Source: Tubiluchus corallicola (Eukaryota; Animalia; Priapulida). Taken from it: a stretch of DNA of 64,000 nucleotides. The DNA lies in contig JAQGDQ010000179.1 of assembly GCA_030141605.1 (NCBI GenBank), positions 374,589 to 438,588 on the forward strand. Direction: 5' to 3'. The position numbers and the translations under genes are program-made. This document shows, piece by piece, positions 24,255 to 38,500 of this stretch; the first letter of the stretch is position 1, and each line of letters begins with the position of its first letter. Below the pieces are notes generated by a model. That model did not search any database. It worked only from the letters and a program-made list of their open reading frames with translations, and had not been told where the DNA came from.

Positions 24255-24958
24255 GCGTGCCTTTGAGACAAGCTAGGCAATGTGAAAGCTGGTTAGTGAA
24301 TGGATGGATGACTAGATTAAATACTCACTCTAGCTGCTAGAGTGAGTATTTAATCCAGTCAGCACATTTCATTCAGGCTGTTTAAACTCCTCTGACTCTT
24401 TACCTTACAGAGAGAAAAGATGTAGGTATATCTGAAGTGGTTTAGACAATAGATAGCACTGTCAGTTCAATGACTCATCTTAGAGACCTAGCCTTGATAA
24501 TGAATAGAGTTCTAGTCTTGCCTCAAACACAAATGTTGTAACTTGCACATCTACTGAGGGTGAATTCACAAAGCTTCTTACTAACTGTTTTATTTATAAA
24601 ATCGTTTGTAAGAACATTGGTTATTAAATGTGATCATAACTTTACAAAAGCAAAAAATTCCTACGAAGTTTTTTACGAATGTGTTAGTGAATCCGGTCCC
24701 TGCTGCTAGATGCGAGTTTTGGCCTGCTGTGTGCGCAAGTGTGTGGTATCTGGTTTTCAGTGTAGAATATTCGTCTGTAATTTATAGTTCATATAACATA
24801 ACACAATTATACAAGTAATTAGGGCAAATGGATGTATGAAAGCATGATAGAATGGCTTTGTGTTTATGGCAACAAAATGAATGAGGTAATTTGTTTAAAA
24901 CATGAAATACAAGATAAAAATGTGGAATTTTTGCGAAAAACATTTCTAAATAATATTA

Positions 24959-25135
24959 CAGTCAAACCTCGTCATAATGCCGTCCGCATAGTGCCAACCT
25001 TGCTTGACGCCCAAATTTTTAGCAAAACAAAATGTCTATTTTATTCAAAGACGTGCATGTATTAATGCACCTTGTTACAATGCTAAACACGCTGTAATGC
25101 AATCCCAAACTAGATGGTATGAGGAAGTTTGACTA
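24959..25135. mobile_element. Tigger/mariner-like MITE, copy 1
   Basis: TA|CAGTCAAACCTCG left end and a degenerate right end (gtttgacta). Interior aaatttttagcaaaacaaaatgtctat...tattaatgcacct is shared with 28345-28536. Confidence 0.6.
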
Positions 25136-25479
25136 CAGCACAATAAGATAATATGGCAACAATGTACGTAGGACAGGTTTATTTTCTATAATCATTATGA
25201 ATTGATAAGAAAAAAATTTTCTTATGACAGTCCTGTTGCGAAATGTGTTGTAAATAAATTAAACAAATAAAAGAAAAGAAAAAACAACTTCTTTTGCCTT
25301 TGTGCAATAATAAGAAAAATCACTTACAAAAATGAGAAAATCCTGGAATTTATTTTATGAAAGGAAAACAGACGATGCTCACAAATTGGTAAGTGTTCGA
25401 GCAGAAACATTTCAAGCTACTTAATTATACACATGCATTATATAACCTTTGTAGTACCACATTGTGGCAAAAGTTCTTA

Positions 25480-28400
25480 TCAGAAATATGGTGAATCAGA
25501 AACCATTTGATTTGAAGGAACGGTTTCATCTTGTTCTATGGGTTTTCTGTGTACTTTTGTAGGCTGACTATTAACACTTTTGTGAAGTTTCAAAGATTTG
25601 GTATTCTGATTTGCCTGTGTGTCTACCTGTTTGTCTCCATTTTTCCACCGCGTCTTCTGCTTACTTTGTATGTTCTTAGTCAATGCTGATGTTTCTTCTG
25701 TATCACTTGACTTCCCAGTTTTTGTAGTATTAGAGCTTGCTGTCTGCTCACCTTGGGTTTTGGCAATTCCTGAAAGAAAAGGAAATGGGTCAAGGTCCAT
25801 TGCCGGATGGCCGTGACTGGTGGTGGATATGTTCGTACTGGAACTCTGTGATGCTGGAGCTGCTAGTGTCGGTATTAGTGGTTCTATGGGTATTTCCTTT
25901 TCTGGCTGTAATGGTGTAGGGTTAGCAAGTGCCAGCAAATCTTCATGAAGTTCACTAGAAGGTACTGTTGATGTGCATGCTGCACCTGTAGCAGAATTCG
26001 GGTCATCTCCAAAATCTATTAAGCTTTGAAATTCCGCTTCCTCTTGCTGAACCTTCTCATCTGTCCTGTGTTGCTGGTCTTCTAATGTGAAGCCTGCAAA
26101 CATAATTTGCAACTCTATTTGATTCAATGTCTCAAAATGCATTTAAAAGGGGCTGAAATGTTCACTGCAACACGGCAGTTTGACTTCATTTAATTTCGTT
26201 AACATTTAGATAAACAAACATTCCAAACTAAGGTAAATGAAATCTCAAAACATACTCAGTATTATGAAAACTTCAAATGGATCCACCAGAAGTGCAACTA
26301 ATAATTGCAGCACTAAGAAGGGTAGATCATTCACAGTCAAACAAATGAAAAATATCTTTAAAAAAGCTATCCAAATCAACAATTAACGTGACAGCACATT
26401 ATATTATGTACACTTTTAACAGTACGTAAAGTATTTAATCATAAACTAGCGTGTATAATTTTAAACAGAATCGGGGTTTAGTTGTATTTAACAGAAACAA
26501 CTTTTTGTTATAGTTAGTTACATAATGCACATTGACTAATAAAAATAAAGATCTAGTTTGGTTCAGGTGTTGGAAGTCGTTATCAAAAATACTTGTAGGC
26601 TGTAAAGCAAATTTAGGTAAGAATCTGGTATGGCAAGCAAAAGTATTTGTAAATTAAGGTTCAGGTGAGCATTGAAAATACGATTCAGCTTTGGATTCAA
26701 AGTACTGCTGCTTTTGGAATGCCTCATTTACCTATGAAAGTTCGTCCAATAGTAAAAGATGTAATTGAAACATGCGTACGCTATGCAGTGAACTTTCAAA
26801 ATATCACACTGACACCACATTTCACAATAAATTTGTGCTTTCCTGCAAAACTAAAATTTGCTATCATTTAACTAGTATAGTATACCTTGTTTTTCATGAA
26901 TACTGGTCTGAATTCTTTCAACTTCATTGCCCAATGATGCAAGAACAAGTTCGCTTTCGGCAACTTCCCTCGACAAAGCCTACAATAAATGAATGGTAGT
27001 CAAAAGCTAAAGCACTGTTCACATATTTAATAACCTGTCAATAAAGATATCATACATAATAAAGTTAACAAATGTGTTAAAAACTTATAATTATCACATT
27101 TTAATCAGTAGTCCTAAGAATAACTGAATAAGAAAGAACGTTTAAGAATTTTAAAAAGCAAATTAAGCTAAACTGCCTACTAATAAACCTTTCCATGGTC
27201 AGCCTAGAAAGAACTAAAAGAAAAAAACGACCACTTTTTGTTAAATCCATAAAATTTAAAAACTTAGTAAAAGACTTTCCCTACAGTTCTCTCTCTCTCT
27301 CCTGGAACTTCTATGTCAATTTTTTTTAATAATTTGAGAAATTTATTTTCTAAGCACATATTGTAAATAATTTAAGACAACACCTGATCCTGATCGTTAT
27401 TTGACGAGATATGTCCTTTAGTAATGATAAAATTAAAATAAAAGAATGAGTGTTTTTTGTTCTCACTAAAAATTAAGAATGTGCTTAGCAAAGATGACAT
27501 ATACACAAATGGCCAAACGAACAAAAGTGTTTGTCGTTCTTCATGACATTATTAGTACTAGTACTAAAGATTACTTCAAGCTATGTAAATGTTGCTAAAA
27601 TGTATCAGGAGTAAAAAAAGGGTGGCTTCGTCTAAGACGACCCCAAAAAGTCGTAATGCCTTTTACCTCTAATTTAGCCAGTACGGATGAATTCATTTCT
27701 TTCACAGCTTCAACTGCAGGAAAGTTGCCCTTCTTTGTAACAGCTACATCACTACAAGAAATAAGTACAGCTGATTTGTTTAAATCAAGCAATTAAATCC
27801 AGTGTGAACTTATATTGATTATGAGCTAAAGAGCCTCAAAACTTTTGATTTGATTGCTTTGAAGGAAAAAGAAACAACATAGCTGGCTACAAACATACCT
27901 CAAGGAATCAATAATTGCTTTGTAATATCCATGCCTTGAATTGTATGCATGACTGGCTTGGAGCTGATACTCTGTATGTGATGTATCACCAAGGTTTGAT
28001 ATAGTCAACGGAGCAGTTTCAAATTTTCTGTAAAAACAACAATCTATGAATTTTCCAATTTAAGGAAGCCATTTTCCAAAAGTCCGAAATATACACTTAA
28101 AAGCATTATATATGTTTTTACGCAATATCAGTTCACAATGGACTTAATGTAAAAATACAAAATGTATGTCATTTCTGTCTTGCAATAGCTATTACAATGC
28201 TGCATAAGAAGTAATTGTATGCAAATCTGATGTGCCACTAATAACTGGGCAAAACCTAATTGATCTATGTAAATACTGTATAAAAAATATATTTTTTCCG
28301 TCTTGGACAAAGATGTTATTGACAGAGAGTTGAAGGCAAGGTTACAGTGAAGCCTTGTTATAACCCCACTCCTTTATAATGTCAATCTCACTTAACGCCT

Positions 28401-31400
28401 AAATTTTTAGCAAAACAAAAATGTCTATATTTGCATAGACATGTGCGTATTAATGCACCTCGTTATGCTGCTAAACTCGCTATAATGCCATCTTTTTTTG
28501 CAGTCCCAGAGTAAGCAGTATAAAGAGGTTTGACTGTATTTTATACATGGGACGTGCAGTGATAATGATAATTGGCATATAAAATTGGTGAAATAATTAA
28601 TTAATAAACGCTATAATAACTATAAATTAAATCTAGCATCGCCTAATTGACCCGTTTTCATTCATTATTTAAAAAATAACTAGCATTGAATTTCCTGTGC
28701 AGTAAGAGACCCTGGATACAATTTCAGAAAATGGCTGTTACCTGCCATCAAAACTGGAGAATACTTTGTCATATGCGTGTGTAGAACCGTTAGATGTCAT
28801 ACTGGAAACAAATAAACCAAACACAAAAGTCTTCTGTGCAATGTCAGGAAACAGCGCTAGTAACTCACGATGGATCACTTTCTCTCTGAATGACATGGAT
28901 AAACTAGAATTTCTCCGGGCTTTATACCAGCCTACAATTTCCTGTTAAAATGATATTACATAAAATTACTACTGTAAGTAGTACTGTATGTACTCTTCAT
29001 GAAAAGAAGCTTAGGACAACAAACAAGAAATCATGTAACCAAAACTAGTTAACATAAACGTTACTTGCAGTTTCCATGCTTAACAAAACTGCCAGTAGCA
29101 ACTTTGAAATACTTAATTCTTAATGCACGGCTACCATTTAATTAAAATATTTTGCCGAGTCACTGCCACAACTGTATCATTTTCTAGAGCCAGAGTTTCA
29201 CAGTGTTCATGACATCGGAACTATCCAAAAATCTAAATATCTGCCAAAACTTCTGAAAATAGTGCAAAAAATATGTACGTGTGTTCACCATTGTTTTGAA
29301 AAAAGGTTCCTAGCTTGAGTAGAAAATTTTAAAATGTTTAAAGTTTGTCACCAGAGTTGCAAAACCCTCCACCTCGCCAAAAATTCTCCAGACTGTCGTA
29401 AAGTTTTCCAAATATGCTCGAGTATTTTGCCAATTATATGTGATATTCGTCAACAATTTCAGAGTCTACAAAAAACTGGAGAACATTCTGGGATGTTCCA
29501 CATTTTCTTCTGCGAAAAGTCCTCAAAACTGTTGTTACATGATGGCAATATACTTGGCATGACGGTCGCATGTTAGTGTTGCAGAAGTTGCCAAACATAC
29601 ACGTACAGTTGTTTTGGATATTCTCACTATTTTCGCCTGAGATAAAAGCCTAAAATTCACAAAAAGAAGTCGCGTTCCCCATGATACACTGACTTAAGAC
29701 TGAGGTCGAATAAATTTTGGAGTAAAGTCCATAAATAAGCACTGTTATGTGTCAGCTGTAGCCTCAGAGTAAGTTAAATAGGAAAGTCAAATTCTGCAAG
29801 TTTAAATAAATAATTATCTAGGAGAGTAACCAAAGATGACAGGAACAACTTGAAATTTACAAAAAGTAGTTCTATAAGCACTATAAAGTTATACGAACAA
29901 ACTAGTCACTAGTGAAACAGCTACTTACTCCATGTTTGATATTTAGTAAATCTTTCAACTTTTCCTTGTTGATTTTCCCGCAAGCATCATAAAAGCAACA
30001 GACTTTACTGCACGGTTGGTATGAAAAAATATCTGCAACAATATGAAAAAAACAAACGTAACAGGCTCATACATGACATAAGAAAATCAACAAGCAGTCT
30101 AATGTACCAAACAATACAAAATCAGCAAAAATCCATTATTCAATGTTTTGTGAAATATGATGAACCCCGTCAAGTTCGTAACATTCAGTGTCACACTGGC
30201 AGTCATAAAACAATGGCAGTTTAAATTTAATAGACAAGTTATTATGTTTGCAAATTATATATTGAAAAAAGAATATACTTGTCACATGTTCTTCTCTGCG
30301 CAATTGAGCATCATTATCGTTTGGAGAATCTGTTATTTTTTGAACAACACTGCCCAGCAAAAATCCTTCCTAAACAAAAAAGGACATGGGAATATTTAGA
30401 ATTCGCAAGCTCAGAATAGCTTACACATTATAATAAAAAGGAAAGTTATTCAAAGCAAAACATAGCATTAGTCATAAAATAACTTTAGCCACAAATCTCT
30501 TTGCTTTCAAAGTTTCAGATCACTTAGCAAAAGATATACAATTGAACAATGGAGTTTTAAAGCTAAACATTCTAGGGATGGGACCGGATTTTTGCGTCCT
30601 CTGTGTAAAAAGCACGCATCCTAAGACTACTATTACTGAATTAGCATGTCCTGACAACTACTGTTAAGTATCTAGAAAAGAACGGTAATGTCTCCAAAGT
30701 TCCAGCAAAGCTTATGGATTAGTACTTTTGGTTCCAACACAGTATGGATATACAGCTTCATATGCAAGGCTGGAATTTGTGTAGAAAATTTGTTATACAG
30801 CCAGGTGTGAAAATTTTTGTTGGTGTAGACATGGTATAATAAAATTGACATGAGTGTAACATTAGGCCACTAAGACACAAAACAAGAAATCCCTTAAATA
30901 GGAAAGAATTCAATAATTTTTTCAAACCACAGACAGCCATACTATTTGCAACGAAGATGACTGCAAATTAAATAAACTACGGGTAGTTTTACATTTAATG
31001 AAGAGTTTCATAGTGGTAAGCATGAAAAATTGATGAATATAGGCTTGTGTGCAGAGCACGATGTTATAAGCCATGGCACATTTGTAGCACGTAGGCGTTC
31101 GAGGGTGGCGCAGCATGATTTCCAGCCTGGTTTACACTGTATCATGAAATTGCAGAGTGGCATATCTATACACAGTGCACAATACTGAAATCTTCTTAAC
31201 AGGTTACTGCTGTCAATGCACATTTTCCACAAGACCGGATATATAATTACTACTTGCCAGACCTCTTAAGCATAAGCCTAAATTCCAAGTTTTTTTTTAA
31301 ATTATTTAAATATTTTGACAACTACAAAAATTAATGTGCTTTCACACTATGCGGCCGACTATGGTTTGTCCGAAGACAATAATACAAATATAAATTATTG

Positions 31401-31497
31401 TGGCCGATTAGCACGCTAGCTTTACCTGATCTCCAGAAACGTTTGCGATATCATAAAGTAAACTAGCAAGTAATGAACCACTTGAATTTATTGACAT
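25480..31497 (-). CDS. ABRAXAS1: Abraxas/FAM175 family scaffold (BRCA1-A/BRISC), ~462 aa, 8 exons: 31497-31426, 30369-30279, 30032-29929, 28941-28742, 28027-27899, 27751-27667, 26979-26886, 26093-25480
   Basis: The spliced frame is open. MPN-like motifs GDQEGFLLG, YQPCSKVCCFYD, IVGWYKARRNS..MSFRE..IH, STH and ISNLG are followed by a coiled-coil segment and C-terminal SDSPYF* (pSPxF BRCT ligand). All introns are GT-AG with consistent phases. Confidence 0.9.
28345..28536. mobile_element. Tigger/mariner-like MITE, copy 2 (Abraxas intron 4)
   Basis: TA|CAGTGAAGCCT...AGGTTTGACTG|TA imperfect TIRs with TA flanks; homologous to 24959-25135. Confidence 0.65.
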
Positions 31498-32403
31498 AAT
31501 GCTCTTAAAATAGAAAAGATTAACTCGGGATAACTGACTAATACCACTAATAACAGTGGAAACCTGACGAATTTTTAGCGGCACAACCGGAATCCTTGGG
31601 TCTAGCTTCCAATTTGATTCAATGCAGCTTATTTCTGCAAAACCTCCTCTACACCGACAATAATAAGAGAACCTGATTTTTTCTTGAATTGCAACTTGGG
31701 CCTCGGTAATACTTAAGGCAGCAACAAGCTTCTACCATATTAGCAGCAGCGATTTCAGAATGTGGCAACAATGCAACGTAACACACTAAATGATGTGCAA
31801 TAGCTGCATGATCAAAGCTATAATACACACTATTCAGCTGTCGTTACATTGTTGGCAGCTGCTGCATTGCAGGACTGTGCACTTTCCAATTTTAGGCAAA
31901 GCACCTCTATTATACAAGGATGGGCACGCTTCAAGATAAGTACACCAGTGGTGCTAGAGGAATGCATGTAGGTCCTGTGCTAATTATGTACAGGATCATG
32001 AGGTGTCCTATGCTAATTGAGGTCTAAGCCTGATATTCAAAAACAATAGTTAACATTACATCAAAGTATGTGTTGCTGTGATTAAATGCAGCAAAAGTAA
32101 TGCAGTAAAAATTGGGGCTCCTGCATGTCTACTGCTAGGTTGTTAAGGAATCCTTATCCTTGATAATGACATGGAAGTTGAGTAAACGGGTTTATGTGCA
32201 GAAATAAATAGCCGGATAACCATTTCTGTTCATTCTTTGCTTTATAGAGTTTTTGTTTATCATGCCTATATTTTGTCAAAAATAGTAGAGAAAATAAAGT
32301 ACATGTATTTCACTGGAACGTTACAAAATAGTGTAGCAAATCGATCATACTCAATACTAAAAAAAACATACATACGCCAAAAATAATATAAACAGAACAG
32401 GCT

Positions 32404-32409
32404 TTTATT
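32404..32409 (-). terminator. Candidate polyadenylation signal of TFG
   Basis: AATAAA on the minus strand 160 nt after the TFG stop codon. Confidence 0.5.
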
Positions 32410-32568
32410 ACGTTATAAGCAACTTGTACAGTTTGCACTTTCTAAAGCATGGTCGCATATATACAACCAAGAACAAATAAATGTAATCATCATACTGATT
32501 AGCTATGCAAATATAGAGTTCATTCAATAAATTAATAATCGAACTACCAACACAAGAGCAACCATAAA

Positions 32569-35500
32569 CTACTGATAGCCTTGTTGGTAAGCTCCGGTAG
32601 GCCGCATGTACTGTTGTCCTGGAGCACGAGAATAGGGATTGCCCGTCGAAGCTACTGGTGGCACCTGAGGGTCTGCGGATTGTGGTGTCTGCTGTTGTGC
32701 ATAGTAGCCATGTTGAGCAGTGGAAACTGGGTAAGCTGAAAACAATAGCAAATCGTCATTGTTAAATTAAAACAAATTACTAACCGAGTTCACTTGCATT
32801 GCCGGTTGTATTTCAGAAGCCATTTAGAACACCAATTGGATGTCATCAATTGGATATATATCAAATTTGAACTTTGGAACCAACCGAAACTTGTAAAAAC
32901 ACATTGCATGACTATACACATAGAGTAAAATGTCCTAAAAAGTGCTATTTTGGATGCCACATTGGAGGCAGTGACATAAATTGACATTAGCTTAAACCTT
33001 CTGTGGCCATACTGATTTTCATGGTGTGCCACATTCAGAGGCACATTGCATATGTGGGAGCATATATAAATAACACAGATTTTAATCTTTATACATGTAA
33101 ACAGATCAGTAACTGAGCACTTGGTTTACAGAATTCATACCACGCTACTTTTAAGGTGAAATCTTATCTAACTAACATAAGCAGATGCTTCAACTATCTA
33201 AGAAAAACACTTCAACAAAACAAGATACAAAACGTTCTTTTCAAGATGCTTCACTTTTTATCTAACAACATTAAAATGTACACCAGTCTGAAATACTTAA
33301 GCAACTACGAAAATAGCATGAGTGCTATAAGATGAGAAATCAGTTGACCCCATTAATCACCGTGAAGCTTAATTCAATAATGTCAGTAACGAAATTTTCC
33401 TATCATAATAAACAATCAATCAAAATTCAACACATAACACCCAACATTTATATTCTAAGTTATAGCTTAAACACGCATTTTGGTTATCAACCCTGCCATT
33501 GTTAATGTCTCAAGATTCAACAGGGGTTGATTAAAACTTTTTTTTATATCAATACTTCACAGGTTTAAAAAACGCTTGTGACAGTGGGACGCTAATACTA
33601 AATCAATATTATGATATTCGAGTTGCTGATGAATATCACTAGAATTAAGAAAGTATTTAACATACGTTGTTGTTGTTGTTGCTGCTGCTGCGGCTGCTGT
33701 GGAAGATAGCCAGGCATCTGTGATTCAGATGGTTGCTGTGTGATAGCTGGTCCTTGATTAAACTGATTATAAGGAGGTTGCTGAGGATGATAACCCTGTT
33801 GCGGGATTCCTGGTTGGCTTGGACCAGGATATCGTGGACCAGCAGGTATAGGCATGGCAGCTCCAGGCTTTTGTTGGCCTAACAAAAGAATTGGTAATAA
33901 GCACTGGTAATAGTGTGCAAAAGATAATGTTATTTCTTTTGGTTCAGAGCTAAAATAAGGGCACTAAATGGCCATAAAATGAAGATGGTGTCAGAAGTTA
34001 CAATCACTGGTATTTATTTGGAAAGTAATGTAAGATACCAAAGGACTAGTTCAAATCAGGAATATGGAGCAAATGGTACAGAAAGGCAATCGGGCATAAT
34101 GTGAAGTAATGCGCAGAAAGTTTGGCTTGAAGAATTTATTTTTAGACCAAGTTGTTACGGGTAATTTCATTAAAAGTAATGCTCTTTTACAACAAAACTT
34201 TGTGATGTCACAGTCAATATTATTTGCTTTGCTAAGGTTGACTAAGGTTAACTGGCTATAGTAGTACACCTACGAAAAAGTCTATAGCCAGAAAACTAGC
34301 AAGGTGTACGACTCCACCAACTACATTTTTAGTAACCTGAGCAAGTGCAGAGGTAGCTGTTGCTAAATACAGCAAATGTGAACAATAGTGAAAGTAGAAC
34401 AATAAGTCAATGCGCAAACACAATATCTACCTTGTGCAGAATGCTGCTGATATCCAGGCCCTTGTGTGCTGGCAGGATATCCCTGCTGCTGATAGTACAC
34501 TCCTTGTGGCTGAGCGCCACCGGGCTGTTGATAATGATACTGGTGCTGCTGCTGTTGTTGCTGCTGCTGGAGTCCTGTAGCCGAACTTCGACTAGAGACA
34601 CTATCGGGAGTGTCAGACCGTGTTGACTCTAAAAATTAATAAACGGTCTTACAAAAAATAGAAAACACTTTCACATATTTAATAATAATGTTACAGAACT
34701 TCAATTAAAACTTTGGTTCACCTAATGCAAAAGAGATGAAAAAAATTTACATAATGTCAAAAACAGTAGAAAAAACAAAGTACGTGTATTTGACTGGAAT
34801 ATTACAAATACTGAGTGAAAGAAATTGTTCATACTCAATACAAAAAAAACATACACATACCAAAAATAGCATGCTGTTTTGCATAACAGTCAAGTGTTAT
34901 AACATATAACATTAAAAAGGAATTTTCCAAATTTAGTTAACGATATGTTCTAAATGCAAACAAATTTTGTCACACATAATTATAAGTGCAAGTTAACAAA
35001 AAAGCTGTCAGGTTTAAAGACCCACACAATCAATAATGAAATGACGCCATAAAACATTTTTGATATAACAAGGCATATAGTGTTAACCTTTTATGATACT
35101 TGTACATGTCTGGCATGTATGAGCTACTAACTGAAACTAATGTCTGGATGATGGTCATAAACCCACTTAAATGTACAGTACTGGCAAAGTTTGACCCAAG
35201 GCATTCCTTTGATTGGGTAGTGACTTGATTAGGTGTGCTGTTTCCACAAAAACTGACTTTAACATTATGGACCTTAGTCACCTGGTAAAACAAATTAAGA
35301 AGATCGTTGTTCTTTTGGTGGAATGAAAGAGGTGTTGCAGAAATAAACTTCCATAAAGACAGAGTTCTGCAATGCCTTCAAGATCTAAATCGTGAATGAG
35401 GAACTGTGTACTGACATATGACAGCAGTGTGCACAATGTTTGCACATTATTGATCATTAACAGAATATATATAACATGTATCCACTTCCGTTTTACATTG

Positions 35501-38500
35501 TTCTAACCGTGTGAATATTGGTTAGCTAAACAAGCTTTATCTCACCTTCAGCGTTGATACCAAAAGACGACATAACTTTTTGTTGATCAGGATTAGGAGC
35601 AACGTGTCCTTTGTTCAGTGGATCAAATTCCTTACTTTCCTTTTTCACAGTTAAATTTTGTTCTTCTGAAATAAGTAAGTACCTTGAAATTTCAGAAAAT
35701 AAATTTAGTAAAGAAGATTGTGAATAGGGGTGAGCAAATGCCCCATGAAATAGAATTCCTGTTGAATAAAATTTTCAGTTTTCGAATTCGAATCATATTG
35801 AATTTCAATATTTCGAATCTGAATTCAGTATTAAAGATATGAGAATAAATTTAGAATAAGTAACAAAAATCATAATGTGGACAAGAAACACAGTTTAGTC
35901 TCTGAGATGACTGTACATGTATAGCATCATGGCACTAATTTACTTTAAGATTATAATGAATTCTTTATGTAGCGAAAATTAAGACTCACAGTAAAAATAG
36001 TTTGGTGCACTTCTAGTGACCAAAAATAGTTCTAGTGAATCTACTCTAACTTACTGTTTTGAGCCTTAAATTGCATGTATGTAAATTGCCAGATGACTCA
36101 TTAAACTTAAAGGATATCAGATAAGCACTTGCTTCTAGAAGCCATTCTAACAAGACAAATATTTTCTAAATTACTATAATAGGACTTGCAATGCAGCACA
36201 TTGCTTTTATTCTATTGTAAAAACTAGTAATAATTTGAAAAATAACAGTGCACAAAAACTGAAGCTATATTCTTCTCACAGCATGATAGGTCAAATGTTT
36301 TAATGTCAAAGAACAAAATTAAATTGGTGTTAAATTATTCAAATTCATTATTTGAGGTCCAAATCACAAAAAACTCACAGAAATCGTTTTTGAATGTTCG
36401 AACTTGAACATTCAATTGTGACCCTAATTGCAACTCAATGTGTAAATTTAAATCAAATTGCTGTCCAAAGTGAAATAACAATTTTAATGATACATCAATG
36501 AAAATGCTTTTAAAAGTATCAAGTAGCCCTGCTGTTAAAATTTAAGTTCAATTTTTTAACACCAATGATGAAAAATGAAAGCTTAGATTTAGAAGAATGG
36601 CATACATTTGTGTAAATATATTTATATTATAAACGCATTCTATATTTAATTTTTCAGCTTGCTGGAATGAAACTATTTTTTGCTATTTTACAAAATTAAC
36701 AGGCAGCAATTTACCTTTTGCTTTTTCCTCATCTGTTGTACTATTAACAACAGCAACAGGCACCTCTGGCTCAAGCGTGTCTAATAAAAAGTTCACTCTG
36801 TCTCTGATGTGCTGCAATTCTTGGCGGATGTTCTTCACTTGGTCACTTTCTATAGGCCGTGGCTTGTCATTCACTAAAACAGAAAGATTTTGTCAAACTT
36901 TGCTCATTGTAACATAATCGCATAAATGCATGAAAGCAATACTACATTAGAATATCTCAAGACGGGGACTTGGACCCAAGACCTTCCGTTTTCCAGGCAG
37001 GAGATTATTGTATGGTGTGTCAAGAGTCATACACCATGAAATTACTCACATTTATTAGCAGGTGATGCTCAATGTAATAAAAATAGACACATTCTAAATC
37101 ACTAGTTTAGCGTGTACCAGAATAGCAGGACAGTTTTACACAAAAACATGACATTCTAGGCCAACTTGATTAACTTAAAAATCCCAGATTGCCTCATAAA
37201 ATTTCATAATTTATCAACAAAAATCTTATTAGCAGCACAATTTTTACAAATACCTCAGCAATGCATTATAATGAAATCTTACCAAATATGGTGAGCTTCA
37301 AAATTCTGCTGCATTGGATGGCAAAAGAAACATCAGAACTATCAAATAGGGTAACAAAGTCACCATCTGGAATAAAAAAATTAATAACACCATTTTACTT
37401 TTCATAATTCAACAAGTGCTACCATGAAATTATTAGTCCTATGCAAGAAGTACCTTAGATGTTGCAGAAATGAAAATAAATGTAAACAAACGGCTTATTA
37501 AACCTCTTTCTCTAGATATCGTACACATTAAATTTAGTTAGCTGCTTCAAAACATGGAATACGGACTAAAAAGAAAGCTTATGGCTTACTCAAAGAAACT
37601 TAGTTTCTTATATAGTTAACTCATTCTCTCTGAAATATATGGACGGTTACAGATGTAAAAACAGCACAAGTATGACATAAAGAGCAAAGCAGAAATTTTA
37701 TAATGATTTTGTTTTTTGAATAATTTTTAATTTTCCCTTAAATTGTTGCCCTCAAATATCAGAGGTGACCTAGTTTTTTGTGAATTATTTCATAATCACT
37801 TACCGGCTTTGACGAAAATGTGATGAAGACTATAATTAATTTGATGAGCTCAACTCTTGCATTTACCGTATTTTCCCATGTATAAGAGACCCTTTTTTGC
37901 TCAGAATTTTCACTTTAAAAATAGGGGGTCTCTTATACATGGGAGTAAGCCAACCCTTGGAGAAGTCTGCAGCTGGGTCCTCAAGGCATGGAATGGTGTA
38001 AAGCCAGAGGTCATTATTAAATCTTTCAAGAAGTGTGGCATCTCCAATGCCATGGACGGCACAGAGGACAATGCCATTTTTGAGCAGAGTGACTCCTCTG
38101 ATGATGAACTGGCTGGAATTGCTGAAGGTCTGACTCCAGTTGATATTTTTGATGAGAGTGATGAGGAATTTAATGATTTCTATGATGAATAAAGTTATTC
38201 ATTACCAAAAAACTTTTTTCCAGAATTTTTGCCTAAAAATTGAAGGGGTCTCTTATACACAAGGGTCTCTTATACATGGGAAAATACGGTACTTGCTACC
38301 TCATTTTAAAAACAAAACAAAACGAACGACGGCTTTCTTTTAATTTTGTAGCGCCCAGCCAGAAGAGCAACAGCATTCGGATGTTGAAATAACAAAAGAA
38401 ATATAATTTAATAATAATAAGTCCATTTCACGTGTGAGATGACTACTTATTGATAGAGAAATTAGACAGAACCGAGAAATTAAGAGAAATCTGTTCAAAA

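Noticed and set aside
30033-30278. Possible U12 intron in Abraxas (donor GTATATTC)
   Set aside because: It lacks the CC of GTATCC and a U12 branch site; the acceptor has a normal pyrimidine tract.
35725-36426. Possible hAT remnant with ttcgaa subterminal repeats in a TFG intron
   Set aside because: The ends are too degenerate and no target duplication could be confirmed.
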